Assembly (NCBI RefSeq): GCF_009914755.1
Contig: NC_060943.1
Source: the human T2T-CHM13v2.0 reference genome, Homo sapiens
Length of the DNA: 64,000 nt
Direction: 5' to 3' (one strand)
Made by a program: the position numbers and the translations under genes. The stretch's first letter is position 1; every line of letters begins with the position of its first letter. The notes under the pieces were generated by a model. The model made no database searches. It was given only the letters and a program-made list of their open reading frames with translations, and had not been told where the DNA came from. Shown here piece by piece: positions 1-64,000 of this stretch.

Positions 1-600
1 CAGTGCAGAAGCCAGCCCCCCGCGGCTGAGGTACTCAAGGTGCCCAAAGGCGGGGTAGTGACCTCGCGCGTGCGCTGTGCCCGCGGCAGCGCCGGGTCCT
101 AGTGTGTGGGTTGTTGTTGGCACCGCACGGCGCGTGCGCAGTGAGGACGGCGGAGGGATTTGCGGCCGGGACCCACCCCCTGCTCCAGTCGCTATCGGAG
201 GCCGCGCGGGTGGCTGAGCAGCGGTCTGGTGCGCTCGCTTAGCGGGCGACGGAATCAGACGGACGTGGACGCCCCCGGAGTGGAAGCCGAAGCAGGAGTT
301 GTTGTTGCTGAGGGGCTGCCGCAGCCGCCGCGAGCCTCCGGACAGACGCCAGAGCGAGGAGGGCGCTACGCGGTGAGTGAGTGTGACTGAGTGGCCCGAC
401 GGGGTGCGGGGCCGCTACCCAGAAGCCCCAGCGGTGGGCCCGGTCCTCTTCCCCGCGGCCAGGCCCCTTTCCCGCGTCCCCGCCACAGGTCCCTTCTGCA
501 TCCCTTTCCCGGACCCCGAAATCTCTGGGCACCCACGCCCGCTTCCCACAGCGCCCTCGTGGTTCCCTACCCACAGGCCCTTGCGGTGTGTGGCCTTTTT
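1..600 (+). promoter_or_regulatory. SNRNP70: CpG-island promoter of SNRNP70 with two NRF1-type motifs (GCGCGTGCGC at 66-75 and 130-140)
   Basis: High CpG/GC content. The reverse complement TGCGCACGCGC matches the NRF1 consensus. Lies around the non-coding first exon. Confidence 0.75.
150..372 (+). other. SNRNP70: SNRNP70 non-coding exon 1 (5' UTR); start approximate
   Basis: Donor GCG|GTGAGT at 372/373 would join the acceptor CTCAG|ACTTGGCAAGATG at 1140/1141. Confidence 0.8.
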
Positions 601-1150
601 TCTTTTTCGTTTGTCTATGTTGTCCTGGACCCTTACCCATAATTCCTTTCGCTTTTTGCGGGGTCCAGGTCTGTTACCCACAAGCACTTGGTTTTGGGGC
701 TTCGCTCCTTATGTTTCTCTTTCTTTGCTTGGAAACTTCCGATCCCCAGGACCCTGCAAACTGCATCTCGTAATTTGCCCTCCACGGCACGGGACGAGCA
801 GCCACAGCTGCTCTGGGCCTCCCTCCTCGGGTCCTTGATTTCCCCAGAAATTCCCAGGGAACCTCTCCGCCCCACAGCTCGTGTCAGAGGACTCTGAGAC
901 TTCACTCTTCAGGAACCCTTTTCCAGCCGTTATTTTTGTTTTCTTTACCGGCCTTTCACCTCCACCCCCACCAAGACGTACCCTTTTCTCCGCAACACAG
1001 GACTGTTCTCTGCCCTTACAGAGCCTGTTTTAATTCCGAGACTTTTCTCCTGTCTTTCTTATTTTGAGAGTCAAGGAGTAACAGGGGCTTTCTCTGTGCA
1101 GACCCGATCTAACCTAAGGCTGTCCTGCTTCTGCTCTCAGACTTGGCAAG

Positions 1151-23179
<22,029 letters not shown>

Positions 23180-23318
23180 AGAGGTCGTCCTCTCCATCTG
23201 CTGTGTTTGGACGCGTTCCTGCCCAGCCCCTTGCTGTCATCCCCTCCCCCAACCTTGGCCACTTGAGTTTGTCCTCCAAGGGTAGGTGTCTCATTTGTTC
23301 TGGCCCCTTGGATTTAAA

Positions 23319-23324
23319 AATAAA
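23319..23324 (+). terminator. SNRNP70: SNRNP70 polyadenylation signal AATAAA
   Basis: AATAAA 140 nt after the stop codon, followed by U/GU-rich downstream sequence. Confidence 0.88.
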
Positions 23325-24912
23325 ATTAATTTCCTGTTGATAGTGGGCACCTCGGTTTCTTCCTCACTGCTCTGTTTTCCCCAGAAGGTTGTTCCTGACT
23401 TGATAGCCCTGCTTGGTTTGGTTTCCAGGGTGTACTTAAAACTTGAGCGTTAGGACATGAGGCTGGCTCTGCCCAGTAGCCAGAGCTGTTGAAAGTGGGG
23501 TGAGGCGGCCTCTCGGGCTCCTTGTCTCCCTTGTGTTTTTCACCCTTTTTTCTTTTTCATCTCTGCCACACATTCCTCAGGGCTGACCATACCCCTGTCT
23601 TGGTGGGGGGCTGGGAATTAGGAGGGGGCTTGATTACTCAGGGGAAGCCGCAGTTTTGAATATGCAAGGGAAGCTACCATCTGCAAGGGAGAGCGGCACA
23701 CAGGGTGAGGAAAGGCAGAATACACTGGGCACGGGTGAGACGGGGCAGAGCAGGAAGGGTGGACCCACATCATAATAAGTAGTGACAGAGGAGCAACGAG
23801 CAGAAACACAGAAGAGGTTCCACCAGCAATTGAGATTTCAAGCAGATTCCTGGACAAAAGATTAAAGACATTGGTGGTGAGAACACTTCAGTCTGGTGAG
23901 TGCAGGGAAGGAAGCCTGTCAGCCTTGCAGAACCCTAGAGGGCCAAGGCTGCAGCTCCAGGAGAGCAAGGGTGGGAGGCCAGAGGGAGAGCGGGGTACAG
24001 AACAGTTGGCCTCCCTGTTGGCACTCAGGATGCCTGGGAGCTGGGCCGGGGGTGCCTAGGCAAACCTGCTTGTGTTCAGACCTGCTTGTGTCTTGTAGAA
24101 GCGTCTCAGCCTGAAGGCAAACTTGGCCTGATAACTCAGAGGGTCTGTGACTGACACGCAGGATTTCAGTCTGCTTTTTAATGGCTTCAGTTTAACCAAC
24201 GGAGGATACCCAGACATTTGAGGAAAAACAGACCACAAGATAAATAGAAAAACTGACCCTGGAAGAAATGACTTAGGAATAAAAGAACTTCATACCTCTA
24301 GTTACTATATTTCATAGATATCCCAGATACTGCAACTATAAGACTTCTAGTATTGGCTACAAGAAGCCCATTTTGGACTAACATGGCACAGACTGGTTAC
24401 ATAAAGGCTGGACAATAGGCAAAAACTTAGAAAAGGCGCCAGAAAGTGGCCAGCTTTGATGAGGCTTGAGGGGGTGTGATCCGTTAAGAGAACACACAGG
24501 TGTGTTTCGCACTTACCCTTGCCTTTTCCTTGAGGATGTTTTGCCATTTAGCATGAGGAAGTCAGGCGGGACTGACTTCCACTGGGCCAAGTTCACAGAG
24601 GTTCAGCCAGGCAGCTGGGACTTGACGAAACAGGAGAGGAGGGCACTGACCTCCCAAATCTACGTGCACCCTCCCTTAGAGGCATCTGCCAACTCAAGCT
24701 GCTCACTATCTGCAAGACCCCCCCCCCCCAAGAAACTCATCAGAATGCAGTAACTGGGAGGCTAAGGAACTGGTGGCCTGGAGACTGCAGCAGCCATGCT
24801 GTTCTAGGGGAGACAGGTTGGGGTTCAAGGCCCACCATGGATTGGCTCTGCTTGAGATGGCCAGGGTGCCTCAATGTCAGAGTAACGCCATAACAGAAGA
24901 AATCAGACTAAG

Positions 24913-28427
<3,515 letters not shown>

Positions 28428-29138
28428 TGTCATATTTTTCTCTTAGGAGTTTGCATGAAGCCCCAAATCCTCAAGGCGCATATGCCAACGCAGGAGCCCA
28501 GGCATAAACTATCCTGCCGACCTTTTCACCTCATCATCAACCAATCCTAACTCTGCTTCCAGCCACGTGGGCTCTTTCTGGGTGGTGGGGGTGACCCAAG
28601 CTCCACCTCTTGTTCATCTTACCTCCCAGGACTGTATGTCAATGTCCCTCCTCTAGGATTTCCTTCGTTTTCTAGATCATCACCTCCCCACTCTCAGCTC
28701 TCATCACAGCCGTAGTTGGTCGTCTACCTCCCCTATAGACTGGAAGCTTCGTTCGGGCCGTGGGCTTGGCTGTCCTGCTCACCACGGTGTCCATGACTTG
28801 GGCTCAGATGTTTCACAAGAGTTTGTTGAATGAATGTGGGGAAAGGATGGACAGGGGATAGACGGGTGTGGAGGGCAGGCAGACACGGATCCTGAAAGGT
28901 ACACACAGACCGAACCTGCAGTGGGAGGGGTCGCCAACAGGACCGACTGGCCGGGGCGGAGGGCAGGGCCGCGGCTGGCGCGCGGCAGGTGGTCGGAGCA
29001 GTCGGGCGAGGGAGAGCTGGGCGCTCTCCAGGCTGCGCCTCCGCAGGGGGCGCCCGTGGCCCGGGGCGTGGCCTCGCGCAGCCCCGCCCTCCTCGCCGGC
29101 GCCAGGGCAGGCGGGCGGCTGGCAGCTGTGGCGCCGAC

Positions 29139-33107
<3,969 letters not shown>

Positions 33108-33143
33108 AACCACAGATCTGGACGTTCACGTGCACTCTCTTCC

Positions 33144-33214
33144 TGTACAGTATTTATTGTTCCTGGCACTTTATTTAAAGATATTTGACCCTCACTGAGT
33201 GTCTGTGTGTCTGT
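33144..33214. terminator. 3'-end region shared by LIN7B (+; TGTA, variant TTTAAA 33174-33179, GU-rich downstream element) and C19orf73 (-; AATAAA at 33153-33158 and 33170-33175)
   Basis: TCCTGTACAGTATTTATTGTTCCTGGCACTTTATTTAAAGATATTTGACCCTCACTGAGTGTCTGTGTGTCTGT. Confidence 0.6.
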
Positions 33215-33366
33215 CCTGCATCCCTGGGTTGGTGTCTTGAGATGTGGAGGGAATGCGAGGAGCTGAGGTCAGGCCAAGCCGTTGAGAAGCCTTTTCCAGA
33301 GTCTGAGAACAGAGGTTAAGACCTCTCCCTAGGTCTGAAGGCGGAGACAGGCCGGCTTCCAAGAGA

Positions 33367-33756
33367 CTAGTCCGAGGGCGGAGGGCGGAGGCAGGGACCC
33401 AGTCTGGGTCTGAGTGCTGGGGCAGAACTGAGGACAACGCCGCCTACCCTTAAGAGCGTCTGAGGGCGAAGGCCAAGTCCCTTCCTCCAGAGTCCTGAAA
33501 CGCAGCCGGAGCCAGTGGGCGGCCTCTGTGTGGGCGGGGCGGAGCGAACCATTAGCCTCGTCCGCCGGGGGAACCCTGCAGGCCGCACTACTGTCTGCGT
33601 GGGAGTCGCGGGTGGGGGTGCCGCGTGCAGTTCCCGAGGCGGGCGCAGGGGTGCAGAATGAGGTGCCCTCGCCCACCGGGCGCTCACTCCACCTTCCAAA
33701 CACAGCGCGTCTTTCCGGAAGCAGCCCCCGCCTTGAAATCCAACCTTTAGCCTCAT
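33367..33756 (-). CDS. C19orf73: C19orf73, single-exon putative uncharacterised 129-aa protein (coding status doubtful)
   Basis: ATG-initiated ORF MRLKVGFQGGGCFRKDAL...; head-to-head with PPFIA3 and tail-to-tail with LIN7B; downstream minus-strand AATAAA. No recognisable domain. Confidence 0.7.
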   Translation of the reverse strand: MRLKVGFQGGGCFRKDALCLEGGVSARWARAPHSAPLRPPRELHAAPPPATPTQTVVRPAGFPRRTRLMVRSAPPTQRPPTGSGCVSGLWRKGLGLRPQTLLRVGGVVLSSAPALRPRLGPCLRPPPSD

Positions 33757-35250
33757 CCCGCTGCCCGCCCAGCCCTCGTGTCCCGTGCGGCGCGAGGGCT
33801 AGTGCGCGCCACTGCCGGGAGCCGGGGTCGCGACTCGCGTTCCACGCCGCGCGCTACTCGCTCCAGGTGACATCATCCCCCTGCCGGGCTCCGCCTCCCG
33901 CCCCAGCCGCCTCACGCCGCGTGCCTATTGGTCGACGCGCCTTATGCCCCGCCTCTCGCTCTCCGCCCGCGCGACCCCTCCCGGCCGGTGTGGAGGCGGG
34001 GTCTAGTCGCCGGCCGGCGCCGACGCTCTCTCCCATTGGCCGCTCTTCGCCGTCTGTCAGTCTCCTGTTAAAGGGGCCACGACCGCCCGGGAGCCGTGGG
34101 GGGGGAGGGGGAGGGAGGAGGAATTTTTTTGGGGGGAAGGTGGGATTTGGGGGCCGCTGGTGGGCACCCCTGGATCTGGCGGCTGCGGCCTCGCGGGGGG
34201 AGGCTGATCGGTGACAGGGGCAGGGGGCTATTTTGGGGGTAGAAGGCAGTGAGAGCGTGAGGGGGAGGGGGGTCCCCAGCGCCCAAGCCGGAGCCAGAGA
34301 CGCGGAGCCCGCGCGAGCGTCGGAGACAGGGCTCCAGGGCTCCGAAGCGACAGAGCCGGGCCCCGGCCGCTGCCAGGGGCCCCGCCCGGCCCCCCCACTC
34401 CACCCCACGTCCCTCCTGCAGCCCAGCTCCGCCCGCAGCCGCCGCGGACCAGGCAGGTAAGAGCCCGGCCCGGCCCTCCTGGCAGCGCCCACCCTGGGGA
34501 CCCCTTGGCGAGCCTCCCCCGCCTCCCCGAGATCCCGGATTCCCTTCCTCATCCCAGGGGACCCCCGAGCCCAGATTTCACACCCCAACCCCGGGGACTC
34601 AGGCGTGCCCCTCCCGGCGCCCAGAGTCCCCGACCGAACCCTAGAATCCCGGGCGCACCGCCGCCTCGCGCCTCCTCCAGGGCCCAGGAGCTTGGATTTC
34701 CCGGTCCGGCCCCGGGACCCCTCCTAGAGCCTAGATCCCCCTTCCTGACCCTGTCCTGGGAGCTCCAGACACCCGCCGCGGCGGTGCCAGACTCCCCAGA
34801 CGCGTCCGCATCGTCCCCGCTTCGCGCACTCCGTCTCCCGTCGCCAGCCTCGGGCTTGCACAGCCGGCTGCGTCCCACGGTCCAGGCAGGCTCGGCGGCC
34901 GCCCTGGACACAGGCCCGCTCTGGAGCTGTCCATGGTCAGCGCGCTCGGCAGCCTCGCCTCCCCCCACCTCCTGCCGCCGCCACCAGGGAGGGGGCGCAG
35001 GCGGCGCGGGGATCCCCCCGCCGCGCCTTTGACCCGGGAATACCCGGGCCCTCCCCGACCAGGGCGCCCCAGCCTCTGGGTTCTGCCGGCCAGGCTCGTG
35101 GCCCCGTCCTCGGCACCCCAGGTTCCTGGGACTCCAGCTGCTCCCTGAGGATCCAGGGCTTCTGAATTTTCCTATTCTGGTCGCCGTGGGGACCATGGCA
35201 CCCGGGGATGCAGCTCCCACCCCGTTCGGGAAGCCTGTCCGTGTCTACAC
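33500..35250. promoter_or_regulatory. CpG island / bidirectional promoter for C19orf73 (-) and PPFIA3 (+)
   Basis: High CpG; reverse CCAAT boxes ATTGG at 33927-33931 and 34035-34039; GC boxes; TTCCGGAA at 33713-33720. Confidence 0.75.
34150..34456 (+). other. PPFIA3: PPFIA3 non-coding exon 1 (start approximate)
   Basis: Strong donor CAG|GTAAGA at 34456/34457 inside the CpG island; next acceptor CGCAG|GCCCGCACCGCCGCCATG at 42592/42593. Confidence 0.7.
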
Positions 35251-35479
35251 CTCTGCTGGCCCCAGGTGGTAGCCCTCACCCCGTCAGCACCTAGGAATCC
35301 TGTTCCCCAGCGTTTGCTCTGCTTAGAACCCCGCTGTGCCCTGCAGACACACAGACTTAGCCTCCTGGCACCCAGCATCTGCTCCCCGAGGGACTCAGGC
35401 GCCATGACTCCTTTCCTTTGGGGGACCCGGAATGTGATTCTCAATGCAGTTCTCTGACTTCTGTTCACACTCCCACTTG

Positions 35480-35740
35480 GGGACCTAAATGTCTTGGTCC
35501 CAGTCTCCTATCCCCTCAGGGACCCAGGAGTTCAGACCCCAGCTTCCGTACTGCCCACCAGCTTTTACTGAGGCTGTCTGCCTCAACCCTCTCTCCAAAC
35601 AAGACCTCAGGCTCTCACCTTCCAATCCCCCATCATTTACCTCCACAAGGATTCAGGAGTCCAGGCTCCCAGCTCTGTCCACTGCCCTCCCCAGCAGGTA
35701 TCTAGTTTCTCAGGTCTCACTTTTAGGAACCAGGTCTTCA
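35480..35740 (+). repeat. Degenerate MSR1-like ~37-bp minisatellite units
   Basis: CCCCTCAGGGACCCAGGAGTTCAGACCCCAGC and GGATTCAGGAGTCCAGGCTCCCAGC resemble the MSR1 unit CCTCCTCCCTCAGACCCAGGAGTCCAGGCCCCCAG. Confidence 0.55.
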
Positions 35741-36034
35741 CAGCCTCATCACTCTGCCCCATCAACTTCACATCTCCTGTGGCCCTACCAAACCCCTGTC
35801 TCATCCTCATGTCACCCCAGGTGGCGGGCTTCAGGACTCTCTACTCTTTCCCCTAAGATGCAGCTTGTTGAGATGTTTCTAGCACTCCATTGCCCCCTGA
35901 GGCTCAGATGAGTTCCCCTTCTCCAAGTACACTCTCCCAGGCCAATGAGCCGAACACACATCACCTCCTCCAGATGTATTCTGTGGCCTGGGCTCATAAG
36001 GAGATCTAGAAGCTACCTGCTGCCATACAAATTT

Positions 36035-42350
<6,316 letters not shown>

Positions 42351-42445
42351 ATAGGCCTCAGTTTCCCCTGGCAGCACCTGGTGGCCAATCTTTGGTTTCC
42401 CCGGTGGAGTGACAGGGTGGCGGTGCCTGTTTCCCTGTGTCATGA

Positions 42446-64000
<21,555 letters not shown>

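Noticed and set aside
33528-35220. ORFs of 175-244 aa on both strands in the PPFIA3 CpG island
   Set aside because: Stop-poor GC-rich sequence, Pro/Arg/Gly/Ala composition, many with non-ATG starts, no domains.

Overview
Human genomic DNA: GC-rich, very Alu-dense, and carrying MSR1-like repeats, consistent with chr19q13.3. It contains three spliced + strand genes whose exons I reconstructed by hand from GT-AG boundaries and frame continuity. SNRNP70 (U1-70K) is complete, 437 aa. LIN7B is complete, 207 aa. PPFIA3 (liprin-alpha-3) has its first ~1099 codons here and runs off the right edge. The single-exon minus-strand ORF C19orf73 lies between LIN7B and PPFIA3. Most other ORFs in the track are Alu or GC-rich artefacts. 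Most notable observations: (1) SNRNP70 intron 7 is Alu-free and holds the poison exon 7a plus an array of extra near-consensus 5' splice sites and hairpins, a candidate U1-sensing decoy system; (2) a ~61-bp piece of SNRNP70 intron 4 appears copied into an Alu in intron 2 with a 14-bp flanking duplication; (3) a tandem acceptor in PPFIA3 whose upstream AG adds Gly-STOP; (4) a 27-nt PPFIA3 microexon with TACTAAC/TGCATG motifs; (5) a bidirectional poly(A) element between LIN7B and C19orf73; (6) a MER85 piggyBac MITE. Repeat boundaries are approximate and were judged by eye.
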